This document shows positions 11,675-24,737 of a stretch of DNA of 64,000 nt, one piece after another. The DNA comes from Antedon mediterranea (lineage: Eukaryota; Animalia; Echinodermata). Every line of letters starts with the position of its first letter. Positions within the stretch are counted from its first letter, which is position 1. The translations under genes and the position numbers were made by a program. The notes beneath the pieces are model-generated. The model was given only the letters and a program-made list of their open reading frames with translations, made no database searches and was not told the DNA's origin. The stretch covers positions 31,000,001-31,064,000 of the forward strand of contig NC_092674.1 in the NCBI RefSeq assembly GCF_964355755.1, given 5' to 3'.

Positions 11675-12273
11675 AATAGGATTTCTTCATAAATATGGGG
11701 AAAAATTTATTGCAAAAATAAGTAATTCATTTTATTAAGAAAAATGGGCTGATATGTGTGGATTTTGATATTTTTATGACATTTCAATAATGTTTCTTAA
11801 ATATGACTATATTACCACATTTTATTATTTGTGATGGCTTCACACAGACAGAACCTCACAAACCATCTCCAAACTTGGTAAATATTTGGTTTTTATTTTG
11901 TTAGTTGGTAAAAGAAGGCTACAGACTAAATAGCGTTGCCGTCTGCGCACAGTAGTATATATGTTGCAGTCGTACATGGTAAACATACATATGCATAGCA
12001 AAAATAAGTAAAATTAAATAAAGCAGGTCCTATAATAAACCAAATTATAAAATGTGACACATCTGGGTATATTAATATGTATGAAAACGAGTCATGAGTT
12101 GATAACCTACATTGCACCTTGTATTGCCAACATTCATTAAACAGATATTTTTAGTTTGCTTATACGATGTGACCCAATTTATAATAAAATTGCAATGGTG
12201 TTTCCAACTAGAACTATCGTCTTGTTATAATAATATTAATATAAAAAAGTTATGACAATGTATAAACTAATTT

Positions 12274-12279
12274 AATAAA
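12274..12279 (+). terminator. Candidate DNAJA3 polyadenylation signal
   Basis: AATAAA followed by a GT/T-rich downstream tract; another AATAAA near 12183. Confidence 0.4.
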
Positions 12280-12381
12280 CTTTTATGTAAGTAATGTTTA
12301 CTTTTGTTTTCAAAGCTCACAAATTTTGGTTTAAAAACTAAATCCTTTGTTTTTTCCCAAATAAGGTAATATCAATATCAT

Positions 12382-12516
12382 ACAGTCGGCGCTCCAAATA
12401 CTGGCACCGTTAGGCTGGTCTAATATGTCTGGTTTTTCCAGAAAGTACTGCATTAAAAACCTGATTTTGGGAGATTTCAGGTTTTAAATGAGTCCAGTAT
12501 TGAGAGAGTTGACAGT
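12382..12516. mobile_element. pogo/Tc1-mariner-like MITE (degenerate copy)
   Basis: TA|CAGTC...GACAG|TA ends; internal similarity to 34658-34833 (AATATGTCTGG..GAAAGT, CCAGTATTGAGAG). Confidence 0.55.
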
Positions 12517-15500
12517 ACTAACCAATTTAAATGGTATGCATATCAAACATTTTGGTGAATAATAAATTGGGCTACCAAACCATACAGTTAAATAAACATG
12601 TTTTCTCATGAAAAAAATGTTATGTTGATAATCATTAAAAAATTCTGTTCATTTTTTGCTGTTATTTATAACTAAGTATACAAAAACAAAATGTACAGAT
12701 TACTAATCAATAGTATGTTGTTATTTATATTATAATTTATTCAACAGTGCATGAAAATGTAACTATTTCTACTAAATAGCAGAGTAATTCAACATATGTG
12801 GTAACTGTAATGTAAAAATGTACGCTACTCGGTGAATAACCTGTACTGCTAGCTCAGTTTAATTTTGTCACTTTTAATGTCATTTGGTTAAAAGACGACT
12901 AAAACACAAAATAACACTTTCTAACAATGCAGTCAGAAGATTTCTTTTATCGGGTTAATTATTCTGGTGGATTCAGCTTGAGGGGATCACTGGCAATATA
13001 TTTGTTTCTTGGGTAATGTAAGCAACAATACTAAAACGATTTTACTTATTATGATTAAGACTGGCTCTCCTTGCGTTGTTTGTGTTTGTAACTATTAAAA
13101 ACAGATTAAAATTATAATAAACTGAATAAATTAAAATTATAAAATAAATATGTTGTTTCAATTAATACAAATCTTGAGTCCAAATTTTCTAATTGATTAT
13201 AACATGAAATATTATTTTAACAATTAAAAATCTTAATAATCAAATAATTTAATACAGTATTACTTATTTTGGAAACACAGCATATGTTTTGCACTTTTAA
13301 TTTTATTATACTGTCGGAAGTTCAGCAACATTATTCACAACATCACCTCACAACACTTCGGTGTCAACCAAAGCTCTGGAAAAAAATCTGTAAAAGCAGC
13401 AGCTGATATAAACTAATTTAAAAATTAGTTTACAATGTTATAAGTAATTTTCCCCACTGACAAAAACTTGAATAATATTGATGAGTCGAATCATGAAAAT
13501 GATTGAAAATAGTGCACTTCGATAGCATTCACATCAGTAAAAAAGATTAGGAGAATTTTAATTTGAGACGATCTGATGATTACAAATTACCATTGACGTC
13601 AGTAGAGAACAAATTCAATGTAGTTTAATCTGCAGTTCCCAGTAAAGAACAACAAGATTAAATAATGTTGTTTTATTGTGATTTAGTCGTCACCATTTTT
13701 GTTAAATTTAGTTTAGGCTAGATAGAAAAATAACTCATGAAATAACAAAAAGGTGTTTTGACGTTACTTGTGAAATTTTTCATTAAATTAATCAAAGCAT
13801 GTGCTTTACAGTAAGTTAGTACTACCATTACCAAAACGTCATCCGTTTGTCTTGTCAGTATTTGTGCATTGCTAGTAAAAGACGTTATTAGTATGTTAGG
13901 TGCGTTTAAGTATCCACCTTTCTTACTTATTTATTCTCGCATATCATCTGAGCGTGATAATAAGTCGGTGGTGATTAAGTATATTCTTTCAAGTGGGACA
14001 GGAACTTCTTTTGGTATCTTTTAATTTGACTAATGAAGCTAGTGCTGACGTGGATAAAGAAATAGAAATTCATTAAGAAGCTTTAGATATATTGTACAGT
14101 TTTATTGGTTTGATAATGTAAACTACGCACACACAAAATGTCGTAATTATTTTTATCTCGATGCTATTTTAGGTTTGTTCTGTCTGGCGACAGAAATAAC
14201 CTAAATATATCTGTGCTGTATTTGGTGAATGACAGTTTTTATTTGGTCTTGTTATTTCAAGTACATGAATCCTATCTATGTAAAGGCAGCTGAGATGAAG
14301 ATATTAGTTTACAATGAAATATATCCGAGAAAATAGACTTTCACGGTATGAGAGAACTAGGGTATTAGGAGGCATATAGGAAGACAATATTATTGAGGAT
14401 AGTTAATATTATAAAGGCCAATTTACACAGACGAGCAGTAACAGTAAGCGGAAACTTGCTTAGCTTCTGTGTGAATTAAGTAAGCGTATAGTTTTGCTTG
14501 CAAAAGGGCATGTGGGCTACTAAAAAACCTAAACTTCTCATATTGTACTTGTTCAACTTTTTCATTACTTTATATTGCTTTTGTTATACTGGGCACTGTG
14601 GGAGACCAGTAATTTACTGCTGAACATACTCCCCAGTATAAAGAATAAAGAAATAAATATGAAACCTACTGACTATCTCAGTGTCGGTGCCTGATACACA
14701 GTACAAGTAACTAGATTTAATTGTTGCAGGCATGTGCATACAAGACACGGCGCCAAGAATTAAACTTTATGAATCTTCTACATATCGGATTGAAATTCAA
14801 TCCATACACCATGCTTTCACACTCAGGCTCAAGAAATGTGCATGAAGTTTTTTTGTCAAATTTAAATTATGGACAATCCAAATACTGTAGGAACCTCGGT
14901 CTGCACAGTGGTCTGGTTTTAAATTGCTAACATTAACAGAAGCTTGAAGTAAAAGCAAGTATATTATATTTCACCACTAAATATTCTAGATAGGTTTTCC
15001 AGCTCACTATCCTCAATCAACTTTTTTTTTTCCCCTATTTTAAGAAGTTTTGAATCGAAAACAACATGGTATCACTTGCGTATCCTTACGAATACAGTGT
15101 TATGCAAGATTGAATTTTAGCAGATGTTGTGATTATTTGATAGGCTACTGACCATGTATGTTGACACATTTAGTTGTTGCCTTACTGATACTCTTGTTTC
15201 GTCGTCTGCTTCTCTTAAATTGTCGTCTGCTTCTTTTAAATAGTCGTCTGCTTCTCTTGAAAAAAGTCTGCTGTCATGGGTGTAGATTTTATTTATCATA
15301 CTTATATTTTGCACATTCGAGTTCACAGTTTTGTAGTGCCATAGGATAGTTTAAAAAAATAGAGATATTAAATATAATACAGATTTCTGATGGCCATAGA
15401 GAAAGCCAACTGCTACCTTTTCTGCAGCCCCTCTTTCTGTCTGAAGTCATAAACATATATTCATTTATTCTAGCTTCGTGTATTTTCATTTTATTTAATT

Positions 15501-18083
15501 TATTTTTCACACATGGAACAAAATAAAACGGAGCTCAACTAAGCTATCAAACCAAACATATATTCATAAAATTATATCAGAAATGTTGTATTAATTTCAG
15601 TGTTGATGAGCACTTTCATTAAATGATTAACAGTTTAAATTTAGAATCCTATCCATCGACGTAACATGATCATCTACAAAGGAAGCGAGAGTATTGTAAA
15701 AATTTGGAAACAAATTAAGAAATAACATATTCTAGCATTAAATTACTTGAATAGACAATCCTGTGCATGTGTTTGCGGAAGATTGATCACCCAAAGCAAT
15801 CGATAAATCTGCCTCTAGGTGTCGCTTTACTCATTACCGTAACTTGACCGAAACGCTCGTGTATGTTTCCCTTATCAATGTGTCCTGGGCCTGCCTCCAT
15901 AAATCATACAATGTTTAAGTCGATACGTAGCCTAAGCATCAATTTTCACCAGTATTGATATTTGTATCTATCTCAAGGTTACTGTAAATTATGAATCTAA
16001 ATGAAGGCTATGACGATTGAAATTTGAATTTTTTTTCCTAAATAACCTGCGTTTAGTTAAGTTTATTAGTAAGATTGCCTTAAGGGAAAGGACTTAAGTT
16101 TAGTACAGTATACCATTTAAGTTTATTTTAGCGGTAGAAAACTATTCATCTATACCACTCTTTATGAATGCTGCCATCATTGTTGGAGACCGTCACTATA
16201 CCATACACATATATGACAGGTCTTCATTGTTTGGCCATTTCTATGGTTTTTTCTCTTTTCTTGTTCTTTTCTTTCTCAGTTTTGTGTTTTTTTTATGATT
16301 TAATTTTATCGATTCATGTTCTGTGCAAAAGACATTTAGGATGACAGTTGTTAAATAATTTTAATTTTAAATCTGCTTAGCTTTTGGTTTTACAGTAAAA
16401 AAAATATTTAAAAGCATCAACTTACATTTACTAAATATCAAGATTAGATTTATCACAACTAACCTTTTACAAATTCCTTTTCTATCGGTAATAACAATTT
16501 AAACAGTTGCATTTCAAGTAAAAACTTGTCGTTGGGAAGCACGAAGGCGTAACTATCAAGATCTCTTGAAACTGTACCTCTTAATAAACACACGGAGCAA
16601 TTCATTCTGTGGCAATGTCTCCCTCGATAATTTAAGCCATTTCCTATTCAACACGCTGAAAATAAATGTGTGTTTATTTTTGGTTTGCAAAGCATAGTAT
16701 AGACATATTAAATGTGCTAATATGTTAAACATTTATGAAAATTGTCTTTTTTTGGTAATATATGAAGATATTTTTTGAAATAAAACATTACTAAATTTCT
16801 TCCTTATGAAGTGGATGTATTTTAATGCATGTAAGCCAGAGGTGTTGGTGGGAGTAACCTACCCACTTTTCACCAGTTTACAATTATCATATTTAATTTT
16901 TTTGCTCCTTTAAATTTTATTCTCACATAAATATTAAATAAAATATCACTTTTGTTTGTATGTTTTACTATGGAGCAGTACTGTAGCCTTAAGTATGATC
17001 TTAAATCAACTTCTCAAAATTAAGTTCTATTTCAGAAGTTTTTAACTTTATCTTGGTTCTTTTTTTTATTGACATTTAATAGATTCTATTTATTTTATTA
17101 TGGTTGATTTTCTATTTAATTTAGCCTTTTTATTTACTCTGCACTAGGCGTATTTTTTATGTTTTGTATTATACTGAGTTTCAGGTTTATTAGGTAATAT
17201 TTTGATAATTTTTTGCAAGATATTTGAAAGTATTTTGTTTGGGGTTTTTCTCAGTCAGTGAAACGTTAATTAGAACGGCACTATATATTAAGTGAATCTT
17301 AAGTTAAATATGTAACTGTCTGAAAAAAATAGTTATTAATAGCTCAGATATAATCCTTGATGTCATTCTTTGGTCTAGTGCTTTCCCAAGTCACTTCACT
17401 TTGACACAGTTAACTGGACGTACAGATAGAAAGAGCATAGGCTTGTGAATTACATAATTCCTTTAGTTTTAAATCATTTAATACTAGAAATCATGTCTGT
17501 CGGATACTAACATCTAACTGTAGACATACTTTAAAAAAAAAGAATCTGGCAAGTAATACAATTTATGCGTACATATTTTAGCCAAACGCCCGAGGCAGAC
17601 AATCGCATCATTGTAGAGAAGAATTTAGAAATAGTACGACACATCAGAGGCATACAGGAGATAGCATTAACAAAGTACAGTACTGGAAAACATATGTCTG
17701 GATTTATATGTTTCACTTTTAATCTTCTGTGTTTACTAATGGCTGTCGGTTTTGATTCTTCTGATGGATGTAGCGGACTCCACGTCCCTGAAGCTTCCAT
17801 GTGAGATGTTTCACTTCTAAATCATCTCCGGCATTTAGTATTCATGTTTGCATACTCAACTATAATCATTCACTCATAAAAGAATTGTTTTACTCTTTAT
17901 TTTACACGCACATTTATTTTTTATGACATTTTTATATCACGCTTTTATTCTTCATAAAATCAGAAGTAGATTAACATGGCTGTTCAGACTCTTCATTTTT
18001 AATTGGTTCTTAAAATGGTAATTTGTTAAGTGCGACTAATTTAAATTATTTGGCTGCCATGTATACATATTTCTTAGATCTAA

Positions 18084-18237
18084 AGCTCTCACTTCACTAT
18101 CAAACTAGTTTGACAAAAAAAGTGTAATGTGCCTAAATATGGTAGTGATATGCCCAAATATGGTAGTGATATGACATCATTCATCATGTCCATATATTGG
18201 CACATCACGTAAAGTTTGATATAGAGTAGAGAGAGCT
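18084..18237. mobile_element. PIF/Harbinger-like MITE (copy 2)
   Basis: Same TIRs and internal repeats as the 45188 copy. Confidence 0.8.
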
Positions 18238-18736
18238 TTATACAGAATCTGAACTGAGGTTTAGTTCTATACTCGGACAATTTATCCATTTTCCTTGATT
18301 TTTTTTGTGGAAAATTCAATTATATTCTCGTCATGCAATAAAGCAAATGAATTACTCTCTTGTGATTGCTGGCTATCTTTCATCAATTTCAATCAATGTG
18401 CAACAGGGAATTATCAAAATCAGTCGCCATAGCGATATATCGTCAATTTTAATGAATGTTGATTGATTTTTAATTACACAATATCAGATTAACTTTTTTT
18501 TATCTGTGTCCACTGTGAATACAAAACAGAAGATTTGAATACTAACAAGATATCGTAATTTTATTGGCCGACAAGGTGATGAACAAGTCTTCTAGTCTAA
18601 GCACTGTAAAATGTTACCTATTAGCCATTTAAACAACTTACTTAATATTTTTTCTTTTTCGTTTTTTACTTATATTATTGTTAATTGTTTTATACAGTTT
18701 TTTCTTTTATGTATTTCTGCATATTTGTATTGTTGG

Positions 18737-19402
18737 GGCCCTCATGAGACAAGCTATTGTCTAGTGCAGGCCCCAGTTATTATTGTTATAACTGAAGGCC
18801 CTCATGAGACAAGCTATTGTCTAGTGCAGGCCCCAGTTATTATTGTTATAACTGAAGGCCCTCATGAGACAAGCTATTGCTTCTAGTACAGGCCCCAGTT
18901 ATTATTGTTATAACTGAAGGCCCTCATGAGACAAGCTATTGTCTAGTGCAGGCCCCAGTTATTATTGTTATAACTGAAGGCCCTCATGAGACAAGCTATT
19001 GTCTAGTGCAGGCCCCAGTTATTATTGTTATAACTGAAGGCCCTCATGAGACAAGCTATTGCTTCTAGTACAGGCCCCAGTTATTATTGTTATAACTGAA
19101 GGCCCTCATGAGACAAGCTATTGTCTAGTGCAGGCCCCAGTTATTATTGTTATAACTGAAGGCCCTCATGAGACAAGCTATTGTCTAGTGCAGGCCCCAG
19201 TTATTATTGTTATATTACTGAAGGCCCTCATGAGACAAGCTATTGTCTAGTGCAGGCCCCAGTTATTATTGTTATAACTGAAGGCCCTCATGAGACAAGC
19301 TATTGTCTAGTGCAGGCCCCAGTTATTATTGTTATAACTGAAGGCCCTCATGAGACAAGCTATTGTCTAGTGCAGGCCCCAGTTATTATTGTTATAACTG
19401 AA
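18737..19402. repeat. 60-bp minisatellite, ~11 units
   Basis: GGCCCTCATGAGACAAGCTATTGTCTAGTGCAGGCCCCAGTTATTATTGTTATAACTGAA; a 62-bp variant recurs at 182-bp spacing. Confidence 0.97.
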
Positions 19403-19425
19403 TAAATGTGTATATGATGATGACT

Positions 19426-19580
19426 TGAGTTGCAGTGCACACATCTGGCTTGTGTGCAAAACCTGGTGCATCAAAAGAAGGTTACCCCGGTGTACTGGTC
19501 TATGAGTTGCAGTGCACACATCTGGCTTGTGTGCAAAACCTGGTGCATCAAAAGAAGGTTACCCCGGTGTACTGGTCTAT
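19426..19580 (+). mobile_element. Deu/Nin-type SINE core fragment, tandemly duplicated (77 bp x2)
   Basis: CAGTGCACACATCTGGCT...GGTTACCCCGGTGTACTGGTC matches the core of the full SINE at 50924-51258. Confidence 0.65.
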
Positions 19581-22144
19581 CTCAACACATGTCGTTTGAT
19601 GGTCTATGACTGATGATCTATTAGACTAGATGTTTAACATCAAGTCCCCTGCAGTTTGAGATGGTATTACTTTAAAAGACCGCATTATACTAATCAATTT
19701 GTAGCCAAAAGAACAAAGTAAAACAAAGAAATAAGAACATGGCAATTAGCATAGCAAAATAAGTTTGTAATCCTATGATTATATTCATGCTTACAGGTAT
19801 ACTTGTGTTAGCCACAAAGCAAACATTACAGTGCATATTAACAAATACATTCAAATTCATAACAAATTCTAAACATTACAGATGAATACAAAGTGTTGAT
19901 TTTCTTGCTGCCAGTCCCTGGATAGCATACAGCATTAGTTTCAACCCTTGCCGATAGATTTCAAAGCTTATAATATATTCCTCATACATATTTCAATTTT
20001 GCCATAGGGACGTTCTGTAACCCTTCTGTTTGATTCAATTTTTCATACACTTATCTATAATGCAAAATTAATTACAAACCTCATTTTGTTTTTCTTTCGG
20101 AATTGATCACTGAGTTGGGAAGTTTGTCGAGCAGTGTGTTTTGAACGAGTAATTAATGCAGAAGTTAACAGAATGAAACTAGTCGGGGATATATAAAGAT
20201 TATGTTTGCTCTGGTTGAAGAGAGAATGCTAGAAGTAGTTTAAATAACTATATAAAATGTCACATTACTCACATAACGATAGTACAAATATAAAACAGCC
20301 AATTTGTCATTCTATAGAAAAGGATGTTAGAATTGTAGAAGTATTTAAAACAATAATAATGAATGCTGTATTGGAAAACGCTAATCAAAACATTTTCAGA
20401 GAAATAAAGAAATTATAGGTTAATTTCTAACTACTTGAAATAAATTACAGCGACAGAGGAACGCTATAACATACAATACTTATAGGCTGTATATATCAAA
20501 AAGTAATTTATAATTTTAGTTGTCAAATTACTTGTTATTGTCTTGATGTAAAATAGTTGGAATACTTTATAATGCAAATTTTTATATTAGATAAATATAG
20601 AAATTGCAGAGTACATCACAATTTGTTTTAAATTTTGTTATTATAACATTTTATAAATATTCATTTTGCTTTTTATTTTTTGCTGGGTGTCTCTCATCTA
20701 CCATGTTATCTTGTATTGTTAACATCGTATTCCTTTCGTATCAATTTGATACTTTCAAATGATCTAATCAGACAACGCTAACTTTGTAAATAAGAACACT
20801 TTCAGTAATTCTTAAACAATGCTGTATGAATTACTAAGCAAATTGTTGTTTTTAAATCAACATATTAATTTCTATTTAAGCAGTGTTGTTGGTATCTGGA
20901 ATCATCGGTAATTCCTACCTTTAAAACTTTACTTGTTTTTGGATGAATGAGCACAGCAAACACACCTTAATATCTGGTGATACGGCGTGCAATTATTAGC
21001 CATCTGGCCGTTAAAATTCATTCACAAGGTACAAAATTAACTCTTTTGTGACTAAAAACTATTAAATTGTATATGAATAGATAACAAATGATTGGTTTTA
21101 TGAGTTAACATAATAAATTGTTGTATTGTATGTGTTATAGTGTTCATTAGAAATAGTATTATGTGTAATCGATAAAATATTGCCTATTGTTCTTTTGTAG
21201 TAGCATAGTTCATGGCTTATTATCATAATAATAGTATTACTATAATACTGTAAATGTCATACTAATAAAAACAGGGGTGTATATCGGTATAAAACAAAAT
21301 ATATGCGCATTTTTAAAAAATGTTTGCAAGAGGGTAACCTACAGGAAACCCACAGCTTGATTCTGATAATAATTTATTCATAAAAAAGCGGGTTAGTGTA
21401 CATTGTAATTATTTTGAAGAATATTATTTTGCTTTTCGCTACTAAATAAATTAATTTTCTTGTCATTTTAACCAAACTAGGCTAAATTGTTGTTCATGCA
21501 TTCTATGTTTCCATTTTTAAAATTAATTACTTTATCCTATTATGTATGAAAAACAAATTGATTGCTTTTAATGCATGCAAATGTGTTTATATATACAGTA
21601 CCCAGGAACATTAAAAGAAGCCAGTCATCAAGTCATACCAGGCAATTCATTGTTTTAATTAATTCATGTAACCCCTCAGGTTTTATTATATCAAATACAA
21701 AAATATGCATATTATTACGTTTCTTTATGGAGATTGATTCTTTGAAGTTATTAAGATTATCCGCCGTGACTTTTGAATCTCGATCAAGTTACAAGTTTGA
21801 TGTGTACATTATATCGTGCTTATTTATGCATGAATGACCAAATTAAACTTTTTAATTATGCGTGTAGTTTATGCAAACAAGTAGGCCTTCTGTGTGTCAG
21901 CTATAGCTTATTCTTTTTGTACTGCATTTGAATAGAGGGTCATTGTACTATAATACTGGTTCACTTTATACTTATGCTCACTTGAAATGGATAATCTATA
22001 TATAAGAATTCCACATTTGAAGTATGCACATTATTCAAATCAATTGATGAATATTCAAATGAATCGGCAATCATTTTATTTTATCACTGAGTGTTTGAAG
22101 AAGCTAGAACCCAGATCCTCTCCCTACTGTAGGACTAGGCATTG

Positions 22145-22302
22145 AGCTCAGTTTACACTATCAAACTAGTTTGACAAAAAAGCGTGATGTGCCCAAATAT
22201 GGTTGTGAAATTTCCAAATGGCAGTGATATGACATCATAATGTCCATATATGGGCACATCACATTTTTTTGTCAGATAAAGTTTGATAGTGTAGACAGAA
22301 CT
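22145..22302. mobile_element. PIF/Harbinger-like MITE (copy 3)
   Basis: Family TIRs and internal repeats. Confidence 0.8.
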
Positions 22303-22603
22303 TTAGGAGTGGTAGTTTGAACCAGACCAGATTTGGCCACAAGTTGTGATGTTGTGCTTCATTGTTTTGAGTGAATCAACAATTCTGGAATTAGGCAAAC
22401 AACTATTAATATTATGTTTACATATACCATTACTGTTCTAACTGGTATTTTATATTATTAAAGTTAAACCAGCTATTTGCTATTCATCCCTGCTTGAACC
22501 CCTACCAAGTCATACCTAGGTCATGGCTTATTAGTATCCTTGCTGGAGGCGTTCTTGCCTTAATGTTATCCCTTTTTAAATATTCAAGGTTTATTATCAC
22601 TTA

Positions 22604-22765
22604 AGCTCTGTCTACACTATCAAAGTGTATGTGATAAAATCATGATGTGTTCATATATGGACAAGATGATGTCATATCACACTACCATATTTGGGCATAT
22701 CAATGCCATATTTGGGCACATCACACTTGTTTTTGTCAAACTAGTTTGATAGTGTAGACAAAGCT
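22604..22765. mobile_element. PIF/Harbinger-like MITE (copy 4)
   Basis: Family TIRs, flanked by TTA on both sides. Confidence 0.82.
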
Positions 22766-24029
22766 TTAGAATGAATTCACGTTTCTTTCATTGATTCTAA
22801 TTGTAATTTTATTCATTAAAATTGATTTGAAAGCTGCACATTTTACATTTATTTATTTAATTAATTTTAATTTGTTCATCAAGGTTAAGTTTGAATTCAA
22901 GACATTTTCTATATTTTACATCAATAAATGAATCGAAAAATCTGCATATATCAATAATTGTATAAATTAATAATTTTTCTAAATGTTTGCTACTTTTGTT
23001 TCTGAAATGGTTTTTAATAAAATCTCTTCTATGTCAATTTCAGATATCTGCTTTTTATATTAAATGTGAATGATAAACATGCTTTATTTATTAAAGAAAT
23101 TGCATAACTAATAAACCTAAAAAGAAATTATTAATGATTAACTGGGGATAGATGGATAAGATTGTTGTTGAACGGTGAACATCAAATAAAACACTTAAAG
23201 TCAAATAGTTTGTCTCAAGTGTCGTTTATTGATGCAGCTTTTTTACAATGACAATAAACTTAACTATCCTGATACCAGACGTGTCTCCATCATTTTATTA
23301 TCATTCAACTCCCTATTTTTAATATCAATATTCTTTGCATTGTTTTTATTTTTTTTTACTTTGTGATCTGATTTGGCTGAATTAATCACCCTTGTTAAAG
23401 ATTCATGTTGAAGGTTCTGAGGGTCCCAAATGATCAGCAATTGCTGGATGGATCACCCTCATTAAATATGATTCAAATAAAACTATTTTGTTGTATTTTC
23501 CTAAGGTACTTTAAGTAAGTTTCTGTTTTGGATTCATATCTGTTTGCTGCCACCAATTGTACGCATCCTCGTCAAACCTAAAGACAACGTTCAGACGCAG
23601 ATTTCAAAGGTTCGATTCTACAGCTGCGTAGGTGTATCATTCAATATTGTATTTCAATTCTAACGATTACCTCAGATTGATTTTTATGATTTATAATGGG
23701 TACACATACTTTGCTTGATTTGTGATAGTTTTTAATAAAAAGAAAATGGCAATTTTTGTTGTCATTTGTCAGTAGAATGAGTTTTTACTGTTTTGATTGT
23801 TTTATTGATTTTTAAATAAATATACTAAAATAAAATAAAATGTAAAAATAATGTATATTAAAGAAAGACAAATTCAGGACAATAAAAAGATCAGAAATTA
23901 TTCGTAATTATAATAAATTAGTTGAATTTAATTATCATAATTTAGTTGAGTATATCTGAATATATGTTATAATGAATGATTGCCTTTTTAAATATCAAGC
24001 AATTGTAATTAATTATATTATTTAATAAT

Positions 24030-24320
24030 AATAATAATAATGAGCATTTATAAATAATAAACATTTATGAATATTAATGAGCATATGAATAATATAGTAA
24101 TAAGTATTTATGAATAGTAATGAGCATTTGTGAATAATAATAAACATTTATGAATATTAATGAGCATATGACTAATACAGAAATAAGTATTTATGAATAG
24201 TAATGAGCATTTATGAATAATAATAAACATTTATGAATATTAATAAGAATATGAATAATATAGTAATAAGTAATTAGGAATAATTATGAGCATTTATGAA
24301 TAATTAATAAAAAGCATTTA
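24030..24320. repeat. Degenerate AT-rich tandem repeat
   Basis: Recurrent GAGCATTTATGAATAATAATAAACATTTATGAATATTAAT units. Confidence 0.8.
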
Positions 24321-24345
24321 TATTAACTTATTTTTGTTTTTACAG

Positions 24346-24394
24346 CTAAATTAGCTCTGAAGAAAAAGTCTGGAAAAAGAAAGAGATTGTTTGG
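24346..24394 (+). other. Orphan exon-like segment (49 nt)
   Basis: Strong T-tract TACAG acceptor and GG|GTGAGT donor; one open frame KLALKKKSGKRKRLF; parent gene not identifiable. Confidence 0.4.
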
Positions 24395-24737
24395 GTGAGT
24401 ATTTCAATACAAGAAATGAAAATATGTTAATTTTATTATTACTTTGATAGTTTTTCTATGAATAAATAAATATTTTGCATATATTCTGTAGTGATATTGA
24501 ACAATAATGAATATTTAGAGTTTACATCGTAAAGTGTAATCATAATACTATTAAGCAAGACCGACTAATGATATTTTAATGCCAAAATATGTATTTAGAT
24601 TAATTTAGTTGTGATGTGGTTTACAACTTGTATGTGTACACCACAATGAGGTTATGGTTCACTTCCCTGTCACGAGTCCTCCCTCTAACCTAAATATAAG
24701 CTAATTGATGTTCTTATGTAGAATAGGTTTGGAGGGT

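Noticed and set aside
15117-15326. ORF with READD heptad repeats
   Set aside because: Arises from three or four copies of a 21-bp repeat; no splice context or recognisable domain.
18611-19405. ORFs across the 60-bp array; CRISPR-like regularity
   Set aside because: Head-to-tail identical units with no unique spacers and no cas genes, in eukaryotic DNA; the ORFs are repeat artefacts.
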